A stretch of 64,000 bases of DNA from Mobula hypostoma. Its lineage: Eukaryota. Both the position numbers and the translations under genes were made by a program. The notes below the pieces were generated by a model that was not told where the DNA came from, searched no databases, and worked only from the letters and a program-made list of their open reading frames with translations. The stretch's first letter is position 1, and every line of letters begins with the position of its first letter. This document shows, piece by piece, positions 38,611 through 52,600 of the stretch. The stretch covers positions 124,001 through 188,000 of the forward strand of contig NC_086097.1 in the NCBI RefSeq assembly GCF_963921235.1, in the 5' to 3' direction.

Positions 38611-39112
38611 AAAAGGTCATCCCTTTATTAAGAGGTCGTACCCTCAGATCCTCTCTTACAAAAGGAAATTTTCTTTCTACACCCACCTTGTTTCATAGTC
38701 TCGTGAACCAGACCGTGTCAAAAGCCTTCTGAAAACCCAATTAATTAACATCCATTGGCTTTAAGACAAGAAGAAGGAGTTTAAAGTGATGGATGTGGAA
38801 TCAGATACAATCGTGCGAGGTGATGTTAGCATTCATTTTGACAGGACTAGAATATAAAAGCAAGAATGTAGTTTGAGGGTTTACAGTCACTGATGAGGCC
38901 TCGCTTGGACTATTGTAAGCAGTTTTGGGCCCCTTATCTAAGGAAGGATGTGCTGACATTGGAGAAAGTTCAAGGGAGGCGCACGAAAATGATTCTGGGA
39001 TTGAAAGTCTTACCATATGAGGAGCATTTGATGGCTCTGGGCCTCTACCCACTGGAATTCAGAAGAATGAGTGGGGATCTCATTAAAACCTATTGAATGT
39101 TGAAAGGCACCA

Positions 39113-41325
39113 AAGGAGAGGGATAGGAACAGACAGGTTAGGAAAGCATTTAATTGGAGTAAGGGGAAATATGAGGCTATCAGGCAGAAACTTGGAAGCA
39201 TAAACTGGGAACAGATGTTCTCAGGGAAATGTACGAAAAAAATGTGGCAAATACTCAGGGGATATTTGCGTGGATTTCTGCATAAGTACGTTCCATTTGG
39301 ACAAGAAAAAGACGGTAGGATTTAGGAACCGTGGCGTACAAAGTCTGTTGTAAATCTAGTCAAGAAAAAAAGAAAAGCTTACGAAAGGTTAAAAAAAAAC
39401 TAAGTAATGATAGCGATCCAGAAGATTATAAGACTAGCAGGAAGGAGCTTAAGAATAAAATTAGGAGAGCCAGAAGGGGCCATGAGAAGGACTTGGTTGT
39501 CAGGATTAAGGAAAACCCCAAAGCATTCTACAATTATGTGAAGAGCAAGAGGATAAGAGGTGAGAGAACAGGACCAATCAAGTGTGACAGTGCAAAAGTG
39601 TGCATGGAACCAAAGGAGATAGCAGAGGTACTTAATGAATACTTTACTTCAGTATTCACTACGGAAAAGGATCTTGGCAATTGTAGGGATGACTTATAAT
39701 GGACTGAAAAGCTTGAGCATGTACATATTAAGAAAGAGGATGTGCTGGAGCTTTTGGAAAGCATCAAGTTGGATGAGTCACTAGAACCAGACGAGATGTA
39801 CCCCTGGCTACTGTGGGAGGCGAGGGACGAGATTGCCAAGCCTCTGGCGATGATGTTTGCAACATCAATGGAACGGGAGAGGTTCCAGAGGATTGGGGGG
39901 TTGTGAATATTGTTCCCTTATTCAAGAAAGGGAGTAGAGATAGCTCAGGAAATTATAGACCAATGAGTCTTACTTCAGTGGTTGATAACTTGATGGAGAA
40001 GATCCGGAGAGGCAGGATTTATGAACATCTGGAGAGGCATAATATGATTAGGAATAGTCAGCATGACTTTGTCAAAGGCAGGTCGTGCCTTATGAGACTG
40101 ATTCAATTTTTTGAGGATGTGACTAAACACATTGATGAAGGTACAGCAGTAGATGCAGTGTGTATGGATTTCAGCAAGGCATTTGACAAGGTACCCCATG
40201 CAAAGCTTATTGAGAAAGTAAGGAGGCATGGGATCCAAGGGGACATTCCTTTGTGGATGCAGAACTGGCTTGCCCACAGAAGGCAAATAGGTACAGAGGA
40301 GATGTAGATGGGTCTTATTCTGCATGGAGGTCGGTAACCAGTGGTGTGGCTCAGGGATCTGTTCTGGGACTCTTCCTCTTCGTGATTATTATAAATGACC
40401 TGGATGAGGAAGTGGAGGGATGGGTTAGTAAGTTTGCTGATGACACAAAGGTTGGGGGTGTTGTGGATAGTGTGGAGGGCTGTCAGAGGTTACAGCAGGA
40501 CATTGATAGGATGCAAAACTGGGCTGAGAAGTGGCAGATGGAGTTCAACCCAGATAAGTGTGAGGTGATTCATTTTGGTAGGTCAAATATGATGGCAGAA
40601 TATAGTATTAATGGTAAGACTCTTGGCAGTGTGGAGGATAAGAGGGATCTTGGGGTCCAAGTCCATAGGACACTCAACGCTGCTGCACAGGTTGACTCTG
40701 TGGTTAAGAAGGCAAACAGTGCATTGGCCTTCATCAATCGTGGGATTGAGTTTAGGAGCCGAGAGGTAATGTTGCAGCTATATAGGACCCTGGTCAGACC
40801 CCACTTGGAGTACTGTGCTCAGTTCTGGTCACCTCACTACAGAAGGATGTGGAAACCATAGAAAGGGTGCAGAGGAGATTTACAAGGATGTTGCCTGGAT
40901 TGGGGAGCATGCCTTATGAGAATAGGTTGAGTGAACTCGCCCTTTTTTTCCTTGGAGAAACAAATGAGAGGTGACCTCATACAAGATGATGAGAAGCATT
41001 GATCGTGTGGATAGTCAGAGGCTTCTACCCAGGGCTGAAATGGCTAGCACAAGAGGGCATAGTTTTAAGGTGCTCGGAAATAGGTACAGAGGAGATGTCA
41101 GGCTAAGTTTTTTTTTTACGCAGAGAGTGGTGAGTGCATGGAATGGGCTGCCATGGTAGAAGCGGATACAATAGGGTCTTTTAAAAGACTCCTGGATAGG
41201 TACATAAAGCTTAGAAAAATAGAGGACTATGGGTAACCCTAGGTAATTTCTAAGGTAAGGACATGTTCGGTACAGCTTTGTGGGCCAAAGGGCCTGCATC
41301 GTGCTGTAGGTTTTCTATGTTTCTA
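39113..41325 (+). mobile_element. CR1 (subfamily D), 5'-truncated
   Basis: RT motifs and a TTTCTATGTTTCTA tail. Confidence 0.93.
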
Positions 41326-42174
41326 ATGGTGTGGATATGGAGAGATGATTCCTATGGTGGGGGAGTCCAAGACCAGAAGACAACTGCTCAGGATAGTAAA
41401 ACACTCACTTAAAATGGAGACGAAGAAGAGGAATTTCTTTAACCAGGGAGAGGTGAATCTGTGGAATTTGATGCCACAGGCAGCTGAGGTAGCGAAGTCA
41501 TTGGGTATATTTAAGGCAGAAGTTGAAAGGTTCTTAGTTAGTCTGAGCATGAAGGGTTACAGGGAGAAGGCAGGAGATTAGAACTGAGAGAGAAATGGAT
41601 CAGTTACGATGAAATGGTGGAGAATACTCGATGAGCGAAATGGCCTAATTCTGCTCCTATACATCATAGACATAATATTTAATAATCATTATATAATAAT
41701 TATATTCAATCTTTATATTAAAGAGGCATTTGGTCAGACACAAATAGGCAAAGGATAGAAGAAGCAAAAAAACAAACTTCTAGTGGAACATATGGTTCAG
41801 GCTCAGCTACAGAGGCACATCTACTGCTCTCACCTCATCATCCTTCTTAGTTACTTCTTCAAAAAACCCAATCAAATTCGTGAGACACAATCTCCCATGC
41901 ACAAAGTTGTGCTGACTCTCCCTGGTCAACTTGGTTATGCATCTTATCCTTCATATCTCCTGAGGTAGGGATAACTAACACCTACCACAGATGTTAGATT
42001 TACTGTTCTATAGTTCCCAGGTTTTTCTGTGCAACCCTTCTTAAATAAGGCACAACATTAGCCACATTCACCACCCTCCAGTATTCCAACACTTCACCCA
42101 TCTCTAATGATGATGCAAATATCTCAGCCAAGGCTCCTGAAATTTCTTAAATTCCTACCATGTACTTAGATATA

Positions 42175-42564
42175 CAGTACTGTGCAAAAGTCTTGAGCAC
42201 CCTGGATTATTTATATGGTTTCAGATGGTATAGCCTCCACGGAGCCCTAATCTCAACATATGTTTTCTGGGATTACCTGGAGAGACAAAAGCAAGTGAGA
42301 CAGTCAAAGTCAGCAGAAAAACTGTGCAAGTTCTCCAAGTGTGCTTGGAACAATCTACCAGTTGATTCTCTTACAGTGATGTATGTAAGAGAATTGATGC
42401 AGTTTTAAAAGCAAAGGGTGGTCACACCAAATATTGATTTCATTTCTCTTTTTTTGTTTTCTGTTCTTTATTGTGGTTTTTATATTTCAAAAAATATAAT
42501 TTCATTATTTAGAAAGCTTTACAGAATTTTTTTTACGTATGCATAAGAATTTTGCACAGTACTG
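42175..42564 (+). mobile_element. Tc1-derived non-autonomous element (390 bp)
   Basis: TIRs CAGTACTGTGCAAAAGTCTT and AAGAATTTTGCACAGTACTG, flanked by TA on both sides; residual SP.LN and WDYLER transposase peptide. Confidence 0.88.
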
Positions 42565-43065
42565 TACCACATCAAGCCCTGGAGATTTATCAACCTTCAT
42601 ACATGTTAAGACATCCAACACCTCCTCTGTACTAATACAGACTACCCCCATTAACCATGAGGGGCCCTGTTCTCTCTCTAGCTACATTTTCCCTTAATGT
42701 ATATAAAATGCCTTTGGATCTTTGATGTTCTCTGCTGATCTGTGTTCAGTGATCACTGATCCTTCTTAATATGAACATTTCTATTCATCACTTTTTCACA
42801 GGTCACCTCTCCACATCTCTGGCACACCTCAGGAAATCTCTTCTACACTGCCAGAACTTGACATACTCACTGAAACACACTGACAGAACCAGGTGGAATA
42901 TTGCAGCAAGATCTAACACATGATTTTAAAAAGTTTCAGCAGTGAACTAAGTGATTCTTGATAGAAACAAGATCAAATAGTTGCTTGGAAATTTACAGCA
43001 CAGAAGCAGCCATCAGCTGACACACCTGTCCTTGCAAACACTCAGAAGCAAGGAGAGATTCCTAC

Positions 43066-43375
43066 CTTTGCTTTCTGCTCAAGATCCTCGTGACTTGCTT
43101 TTAATTCCTGCTGGCCTTTCTCATTGAGAGTCTCATCTGCAGTTGTGGCAAATAAGGAACCCGATTCTTGGAGGAGACGTTCCAATAGAGCGGCCTGGTT
43201 GAAGATGCTACTGAGCAGGGTCTGGTGATGACTTAGCTGAAATTTCTTCTCCTTTAAGGTCAGCTGTAATTCAAGATCAGACTCCAGCATTCGTTTCATA
43301 TTTACCAACCACGAGAAATAGTCTTCCCTTGCCTTCAAATACTCGAACCAGTGCAGTAAAACCCACTCAATCCGA
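43066..43375 (-). CDS. SYNE3: Nesprin-3 internal coding exon, first in window (RIEWVLLHWFEYLKAREDY...HEDLEQKAK)
   Basis: Acceptor ttgcAG|T and donor AAG|GTagg; 310 nt = 1 nt + 103 codons. The peptide closely resembles my recollection of vertebrate nesprin-3 (RIEWVWLHWSEYL...ELQLGLKEKQWQLSH). Confidence 0.92.
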
Positions 43376-46300
43376 CTGCAAGGGAATGAAGGATAGCATC
43401 AGTGGAAATCAAACTCGTCCTTCCTGACCTTGCCAGAGATGCTGTTCATTGGGGGGGAAGAGTCTGATTACACACTGTTGTTTTGTTGGAACAATGGAGA
43501 CCAGCGTGAAATTTAATAATGATGAAAATAATCAGCTGCTTCGACAGGATCTTTAAAAGGCCTAGACAGCAGATGTGGAGAGGATATTTCCAAAAGTGGG
43601 GAAAGTCTAGGATCAGATGATACATGCTCAGAATAAAGGGGCATCCATTTAGAACAGAGATGAAGAGGAATTTCTTTAGCCATGGTCATAAAGTCGTAGA
43701 ACACAGCACAAGAACAGTCCCTTCAGCCTACCTAATCAGTGCCAAACCATGAATCTACCTAGCCCCATCGACCTGCAGTTGGACCATAGCCCTCCATACT
43801 CCTTCCATCAATGTACCTATCCAAATTTCTCTTAAATGTTGAAATCCTGTATCTACACTTGCACTGGCAGCTTGTTTTACAGGAAACAGAGAGGAGGATA
43901 TCATTAAGCCGGAAAGAGTGCAAAAAAAAAATCAACAGAATGTCACTGGGACTGGAGGGCTTCAACGAAGTGGTCCATTTCTGCTGGTTTGGCAACCCAG
44001 TTACGGGGTACGTAACATAAGTGGGGATCTCGTCTGCGATCTTGAATGCCAAATTTGGGACTGGGTAAATTGATTGAGTTAAAATTCCCGAAAGAAAGAA
44101 AGGGCAAACAGCAGAAATGCAGATTGAGGAATTTCTAAAGGCGCCAACCTTGGAGGCATTAGAGGATGCCAGGAAATCAGAGTTGGCAACTGTTGCCAAA
44201 CGGTTGAATCTTTTTAAGGGGAAGTCGACAATGAGGAGAGACAAGATGCACAGAGCTATCATAGAGCATTATGTATCTAAAGGTGTGTTTCCCCAAGGGG
44301 AGCTGGAGGTGGTATCTATGGGCAAACCTGGTGGAGAAGCAGTACAGCTGCAGATTGAAAAATTGAGACTCGAGCACGAGTTCCGGGTAAAACAGCTGGA
44401 ACGAGAAGAGAGGGACAGGCAGTTAGAACGAGAAGAGAAGCAGTTAGAACAACAAGAGAGAGAGAAACAGAGGGAAAGGGAATTTGAGCTGGAGAAGTTA
44501 AGGATGACGCTAGCGCAGGGGCCCATGCCGAACCAAGGTGGAGGGTTCAGGGCAACCCAGGAGGTTAGGCTGGTTCCCCCATTTGAGGAGGCCGATGTTG
44601 ATCGGTACTTTCCCATTTTGAAAAAGTCGCTGCAAGCCAGGACTGGCCGAGGGATAAGTGGGCTGTTTTGCTTCAGAGCGTACTTAAAGGGAAAGCTCAA
44701 CAAGCTTACTCGGCATTGTCCGCAGAAGATGCCCAGAGGTATGATGTGGTGAAACAGGCAATACTCAGGATTTATGAGTTGGTCCCGGAGGCATACCGGC
44801 AGAGGTTCTGGAATGCGAGGGAGCAGTGGGGCCGCACGTACTAGAGTTTGCCCGTGAGATGCAGATGTATTGTGAGCGTTGGTGCGCCTCGAAAGGGGTC
44901 AATGGGGATTATGACAGACTGCTGCAGCTAATCCTGATTGAGCAGTTTAAAGGTTGTGTCCCTGAAGGTACGAGGCCTTACCTAGATGACAGAGAGGCAG
45001 AAACCTTAGCCGCAACTGCTAAGTTAGCGGATGAGTACACGTTGACACACAAAGTGAAGTTTACCCCGGGTAAAAGCTACCACAAGGGTAGTCGAGAGGG
45101 CGGAGAGAGTCCGCCGGGAAAGTCAGAAAGTAAGCCGGGAACTAGTGAGAAGGATAAGGAAGACAGGAAGCAGTTTGGTAGGAAGTCTCCTGGGGTCGTA
45201 TGCTATAATTGTGGGAAAGCCGGTCACTTTGCGTCCAGGTGCTTTGCCCCAAAGAAGGAGACGGAAAAGAAAAACGACGGTTCCGACTGGCTGTATTGAG
45301 CTGGCAAACAAACCGCTAGGGAAGAAGAGGTCTGATAAAGTTCAGGAAGGGCGCGAGAAGTTTATCTCGGCCGGATTGGTGTCGGTGAAGGAGGGGTTAA
45401 ACCCGGTTCCAGTACGGATCTGGAGAGACACTGGAGCTTGTCAGTCACTGATCTTAAGGAGTGTTTTAGACTTTAGTTCAGAGACCCAGACTGGGGAGGT
45501 CAGGATGATAAAAGGCATTGGGAAAGGGACTGAAGCAGTACCTTTGCACCAGATACACCTAAAAAGCGACTTGGTCTCCGGACCGGTCACGATAGGGGTG
45601 AGGCCCGAATTACCAACGGAAGACGTGGAGGTCTTGCTCGGTAATGACCTCGCCGGCAGAAATGTGTTATCAGCAGTAAAACTGACAAGCCAGCCTGCCA
45701 GCATTGAGGCCCCACCTATGGACTCACAGGTTTATCCCGTTTGCACAGTGACTCGGCGCATGTCCAGAACAGCTGCCGAAGCGAATATAGATTTAGCTGA
45801 GACGTTTTCACCAGCCTGTACCAGGAGGCGTTAGAAAGTGAGAAGCAGCGTAGTGAAACAGAAGTTGAGATAGACTTATCATTAGCAAGGAAGGAATTTA
45901 TACAGGCACAGGAGCGAGATGAGCAGCTGATGGTTTTGGCGGAGACAGCTCTCTCCAAAGCAGAATTAAAAAGGGAGCCAGTAGGCTATTATGTGAAGGA
46001 GGGAGTACTAATGAGGAAATGGAGACCACGTACCGTGCCCGCAGATGAGGAATGGGGGGTGGTACACCAGGTGGTAGTGCCGAAAATTTATGGGGATGAG
46101 ATTCTTAACCTGGCCCACAAGATACCCCTCGGTGGATATTTTGGGGTAAGGAGGACAGTCGATAGAATCATGAAAGAGTTTTACTGGCCGCACAGGAGGA
46201 AGGATGCTATTGACTATTGTAGACGTGAGCTAACACAGTTTCAGGCCATTGATATGCTAACAGATTGCCACGATAGGCGAACAGACCTAGTCGGTGTTAT

Positions 46301-46390
46301 CACGAAAATTAATGAGGCTAGGGTGTCACCTGATAAAGGGAAAACCCATTTTGAAAAGATAAGTATGGTGCCGACCAGATGGGAGAACTC

Positions 46391-46482
46391 AAACAACAGG
46401 AATTCTGCAGATGCTGGAAATTCAAGCAACACACATCAAAGTTGCTGGTGAACGCAGCAGGCCAGGCAGCATCTCTAGGAAG
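46391..46482 (-). mobile_element. 92-bp PLE-derived insert lacking the hammerhead
   Basis: 14-bp TSD AGATGGGAGAACTC (46377-46390 and 46483-46496). Confidence 0.88.
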
Positions 46483-47378
46483 AGATGGGAGAACTCTATT
46501 GTTTTGGCCAGCATTGCTGATAAGGTCTCTCCTTTAACCCCCGAACAGAGCGAGCCGCTGAGAAAGCTAATTAACCGGCACACACACGTATGTCCGGATG
46601 TCCTGGGGCGATGCAAGAGCCGGGACATGGTGTTGTTGTCACATCAGGTCAGCCTAGTAAGCAACGCCCCTATAGGATGATTAATTCAGTGACAAAAGGG
46701 CTAAGGAACACAGAAGCGTATATTGACGATTTAGTTGTCTGGAGTGACACGTGGGAGGAGCACATTGTGGCAGTAGAGGAACTGTTTAAAAAGCTGTTTG
46801 AAGCCAGCCTGACAGTGAACCTCGCAAAAAGTGAATTCGACCACGCGAAGGTCACTTATATGGGATTTGTGGTAGGACAGGGGCAGCTGGCTCCAATGCA
46901 GGCTAAGGTGCGGGCTATCTCTGAAGTCCCCACCCCGACAGACAAGAGAGCCCTGAGAAGGTTCTTGGGGATGATGGGGTACTATCGGAAGTTTTGCAAA
47001 AACTTTGCAGATATTACCCTCCCTCTTACTAAGCTCTTGCCAAAGAATGCTAAGTTTGTGTGGGACGACCTTTGTTATATTCGTCCGGGACGGAAACCAC
47101 TGAGAATTTACACTGATCACAACCAATTAGCGTTTTTGGCCACTATGAAGGATAAAAACAAAAGGATGCTCAGTTGGAGCCTGGTCTTAAAGGAACTTGA
47201 TATTCAAATAAAACATATAAAAGGAACTGAAAAGGTGATTGCTGACTGTCAAGGTGTTGACAACTTAAAGTTCTCTGTATTAGCTGAATAGCTGATGACC
47301 CTGTATATTAGTGTGTATCTAATAATGTATTCATGCCCATAATTTTTACCCCAGTAAAAATCCTTTGAAGGATAGGGG

Positions 47379-48203
47379 TGTGACAGAAAACCAAGTTATC
47401 AGAAGATTGATGCTAATGAGAGAGATAAGTGAGTCAATGGAGAAACATTCAAAATGCTAATAAGAGAGAAGAGAGAGATTAACGAGAAAGAAACATATTT
47501 CAGAATATTGACAGACCAGTTGCTTTGAATCTGAACTATTTGAAGTTTGATGGACAGGCGATACCCCAGCAGGGGGATAAAAAGAACATGTTCGCTAAGG
47601 CACGACACACACCACGAGATCACGAGACCCTGGAAGAGTGGTGTGCCCCCACAAGTTGGTAGGAGTTTGGAGGTCTGGTCACGGGAACCGACCATAGACG
47701 CACAGGGTGAAAAGGTACGATCAGCGGGAACCTGGTGCGTGTGCCCGCCCTTGCCTGGGTGTCGGGTTCACCGAGGAAGAATGGTTGTATCTGGAACGGA
47801 GCGGTCACAGTCGGTGACCACAGAAGACATAAAAAAAGGGTCCGCCCGAAAGCCAACTGCGAAGAACATCAAAGGTCTGCTGAATCAGATTTGCATATCT
47901 CTCTCTCTCTCCAACGGCACCACAGCGATTACTGTGAACTGTACTAAGCTGAACTGAACTCTGCCTCACTTGAGACTGATCATTTTACCTCTAGACTGCG
48001 ATAGAGCTTGATTGATTCCTATTACCCTAGTTCTGTGTACATGTGTGTTTTATCATTGCTAACCTGTTGCATTTATATCCTTACGATTAGAGTACTGTGT
48101 TACTTATTTCTTTAATAAAACTTTATTAGTTTCTGTTAAACCAGACTCCAACTAAGTGGTCCATTTCTGCTGGTTTGGCAACCCAGTTACGGGGTACGTA
48201 ACA
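47379..48203 (+). repeat. 3' LTR of the gypsy element (825 bp)
   Basis: TG...CA termini, preceded by a PPT, AATAAA near 48114; its last 50 bp are identical to 43968-44017. Confidence 0.88.
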
Positions 48204-48877
48204 GACTAGATAAAATAAATTCGTTCAATACGAAAAAATTGCGAAATTGAAACCATATTCGTATTGTATATTTAATTATTGGATTAATTATTTGTTTATT
48301 CAGTTTGGTTAATGCAAAGGGGAGCAAAGCTCCTAAAATAGAAGCTAATGAGAACCACTGCACGGACTCACCCTCCAGGTTCACCCATCGTGGACAATGA
48401 ATTTCATCCTAATCTTGCGTCCAAAACATTAAATATCGGATATTAATTGCCCAATAATAAAATATAAAATTCGGCAATGCTAAACCACTGTCCTTTTTTG
48501 ATTTCTGTAGATATTTCTTACTCAATCTAGGATTTTTATTCTGCCATATATAAGAAGAAATTTTAGAATCAGTAATACCAAAATAGGATTTAGAGATAAA
48601 AATTGGTACCATTTGAAATAAATACAGAAATTTAGGTAAAACAGCCATTTTAATAACATTAATTAGACCAATCAATGATAAGGACAGTGGGGACCATTTA
48701 GTAAACAATTGTTTAACATGATCAATTAAGGGTAGAAAGTTAACTTTAAATAGATCTTTATATTTTTTAGTAATTTTGACACCCAAATAAGTGAAATAAT
48801 CAGTAATTAATTCAAATGGTAATTGTCTATAAATTGGAACTTGTATATTTAATGGAAAAAGCTCACTCTTATTAAGA

Positions 48878-49623
48878 AACACACATCAAAGTTGCTGGTG
48901 AACGCAGTAGGCCAGGCAGCATCTGTAGGAAGAGGTGCAGTCGATGTTTCAGGCCGAGACCCTTCGTCAGGACTAACTGAAGGAAGAGTGAGTAAGGGAT
49001 TTGAAAGTTGGAGGGGGAGGGGGAGATCCAAAATGATAGGAGAAGACAGGAGGGGGAGGGATAGAGCCAAGAGCTGGACAGGTGATAGGCAAAAGGGGAT
49101 ACGAGAGGATCATGGGACAGGAGGTCCGGGAAGAAAGACAAGGCGGGGGGGGAACCCAGAGGATGGGCAAGAGGTATATTCAGAGGGACAGAGGGAGAAA
49201 AAGGAGAGTGAGAGAAAGAATGTGTGCATAAAAATAAGTAACAGATGGGGTACGAGGGGGAGGTGGGGCACTAGCGGAAGTTAGAGAAGTCGATGTTCAT
49301 GCCATCAGGTTGGAGGCTACCCAGACGGAATATAAGGTGTTGTTCCTCCAACCTGAGTGTGGCTTCATCTTTACAGTAGAGGAGGCCGTGGATAGACATG
49401 TCAGAATGGGAATGGGATGTGGAATTAAAATGTGTGGCCACTGGGAGATCCTGCCTTCTCTGGCGGACAGAGCGTAGATGTTCAGCAAAGCGGTCTCCCA
49501 GTCTGCGTCGGGTCTCGCCAATATATAAAAGGCCACATCGGGAGCACCGGACGCAGTATATCACCCCAGTCGACTCACAGGTGAAGTGTTGCCTCACCTG
49601 GAAGGACTGTTTGGGGCCCTGAA
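48878..49623 (-). mobile_element. Penelope-like 3' part (GIY-YIG; PLE subfamily 2) nested in L1 ORF2
   Basis: ORF 49271-49597 GIY-YIG; 9-bp TSD TTATTAAGA (48869-48877 and 49624-49632); removing it restores L1 GYKLNLNKSE; hammerhead variant at 48939-48974. Confidence 0.92.
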
Positions 49624-52600
49624 TTATTAAGATTTAGTTTATAACCAGAAAAACTACTGAAATGAGCTAGTAGTGATAAAACTGCCAGGATGGATTTCTC
49701 TGGGTTACAGCTATATAGTAACAAGTCATCTGCATACAATGCTACCTTATGCGTCTCCTTCCCACGAGTAAATCCAAATATATTGGGTGAATCACGAAAG
49801 GCAATTGCCAAGGGTTCCAAAGCTATATCAAATAACAAAGGATTTAACGGACAACCCTGTTCAGTACCTCTGAAAAGCCTAAAAAAGGGGGATCTCTGAT
49901 TATTGGTAACTACGGAAGCCAAAGGTGAATGATGTATCAATTCAATCCAAGAAATAAATTTTGGGCTAAAGTTGAATCTCTCAAGCACATGAAATAAATA
50001 TTTCCATTCAGCTCTGTCAAACGCCTTCTCGGCGTCGAGCGAAATAACACATTCCGGAACTTTAGATGAAGGAGTATATACAATATTCATTAATCTCCTA
50101 ACATTGAAATATGAAAAGCGATTTTTAATAAATCCTGTCTGATCATCAGAAATAATTTGTGGCAGTACCTTTTCCAATCTATTTGCTATTATTTTAGAAA
50201 AAACTTTGAAATCTACATTCAACAAAGACATAGGTCTATATGATGCACAATCAGTAAGATCTTTATCTTTTTTAGGAATTAAAGAAATGGATGCTTCACA
50301 ATAGGATTGTGGTAATTTACCTACAAGTAAGGCGGTAATTTACCTACAAGTAAGGCATCCTTAAAAAATTTACATAGCCATGGTGAAAGTAAATTTGAAA
50401 AAGATTTATAAAAGTCTACTGTAAATCCATCCAAACCTTAATATCATTTTCCGTAATGGATGCATCTAGTTCTAAGCGTTCATTAAGTGGTAATTTCAGA
50501 ATATTCAATTTCCTTAAAAATTCATGCATTATGGTAGACTCTTCAGGAAATTCCGATTGATATAGAGAGGTATAAAATTCTTGAAAAGATTTATTAATTT
50601 CGTCATGATCAACTGTCAAGGTACCATCCCGTTTAAAAACTTTACTAATCAAACGTTTAGCCGAAGCAGCTTTCAGTTGGTCTGCCAATAATTTTCTCGA
50701 TTTATCACCATGTATATAAAATTGACTCTTAGTTTTAAGTAATTGATTTTCAATCGGGGAAGTTAATAACAAATTATGTTGCATCTGAAGTTCAACCCTC
50801 TTTTTATAGAGTTCTAGATTAGGAGCAACAGAATATTTTTAATCTATTTCTTTAATCTTAACAACCAATGTACATATTTCATTATTAATTTGTTTTTTCA
50901 ATCCAGCAGAATATGAAATAACTTGCCCACGAATATATACTTTAAAAGTATCCCACAATATTCCACTGGAAATTTCATCCGTAGAGTTAGGTGAAAAGAA
51001 AAAATCAATCCGTTTTTTAATAAAATTGGCAAAATTTGAATCCTGAAGCAAAGTGGAATTGAACCTCCATTGTCTAGCACTAGAACTTACGTCAGTGAAT
51101 TAATTGATAGTTTCAGAGGTGCATGATCAGAAATAGTAATTGCATCATATTCACATGCAATAACAGATGAAGCTAATCAATAATCAATAAAAAAAAATCA
51201 ATTCTCGAATAACGATGATATACATGAGAGAAAAAAGAAAACTCTTTCTCATTAAGATATAAAAGCTTCCAAACATCTAAGATTCTGGAATCAACTAAAA
51301 AGGCGTTAATAAAAATAGTGGATTTGTTTAGAGATATTTGATTAGGGGCAGACCTATCCATCAAAGGGTTCAAGCAACAATTAAAGTCTCCACCCATTAC
51401 CAACTTATATTCATTTAAATTAGGAAAAGATGCAAATAAATGCTTAAAAAATTCAGGATAGTCAGTACTTGGTGCATAAATATTAACCAAAATGACTTTT
51501 TGATTATAAAATAAGCCAGTAATTAACAAAAATCTACCACTCGGGTCTGAAATTGTTTCATAATGAACAAATGAAATTGAGGAGTCTATAAAAATAGAGA
51601 TTCCTTTTACCTTAGATTGTGAATTAGAATGAAACTTTTGTTCCTCCCAAAACCTAAAAAACTGTTGATTATCCACCCTCCTCACACGAGTCTCCTGAGC
51701 AAAGATAATCTGAGCATTCAGTCTATGAAGGACTTTAAAAATCTTCTTCCGTTTAATCGGATGATTCAAACCATTTACATTCCATGAAACAAAATTAATA
51801 ACATTATCCATTTTACTACCGTAAGCCAAATGGTATGCAAAGGGTTAACCTTACTGCACGGGAAACCCATGACTCAGGAAGAGGGAAAAGTTTAAAGAGG
51901 AACCGGAATCTACGACAATTCAGACATACTTGTAGTTTCAGAACATCCCAATTGGAAAATACTAAGTTAAAAGAAATACCATCCCCTACCCACCAAGCCC
52001 GAAAAAAAAACTGGCCAAAGCCAGCCAGTATGCTAACTAATCTCAAATACATTACCTCCAACTCTCATGAAGACATAACTCCAAATGGAAGAAATGTAAT
52101 AAACCACCCACAGACAAAACATTATGAGAGAAATACCAAGAAAAGGACAAAACAAATATTGAAAAAAAAGAACCCAGTCATTGCGAGACATTTTGAAAGG
52201 CGAAATCTTGAAAAATGAAACAAAATACAATCTTATTAATTCAAAAAAAACTGTCGCTAAGTCAAAATGTTAAACGAAGTTAAAAATACTTACATAAAAT
52301 AATAAAAGAGAAAAGAAATCTTAACATAAAAGCATAATAAACATCTATACTCCAAAAAAAATACAGGTATAATCCAACCAAGAATGAGATTTCCCGAACT
52401 TTAAAGGCAAATCTACACATTAGTTTTAAACTAATAGACAACCACATTCAAACATGAAAAAGCAATAAATTTATTAAACACTTGAAAATTAGTCAAGCTC
52501 TTCAAGAAATTGACATGCCTCCGTCACTGATTTAAACCGTTTATGTGATTTATCTGGCAAAACAACCCTAAAACACGCAGGATATAACAACGCAAGGTAT

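Larger units (their letters stand above)
43960..48203 (+). mobile_element. Gmr1-like Ty3/gypsy LTR retrotransposon, internally deleted, with truncated 5' LTR
   Basis: About 58 bp of 5' LTR (to 44017), a PBS-like TGGGGATCTCGTC, gag with a SCAN-like segment and CYNCGKAGHFASRC, protease RDTGA, integrase Zn-binding region, then RT (YIDD) and RNase H (TDH), PPT at 47367-47378. Confidence 0.9.

Noticed and set aside
44021..44040. tRNA-like sequence
   Set aside because: Only a degenerate primer-binding site next to the LTR (resembling a tRNA-Pro PBS), not a tRNA gene.
49575..50231. Apparent L1 RT to GIY-YIG fusion element
   Set aside because: The 9-bp TSD and restoration of the L1 frame show a simple nested insertion.
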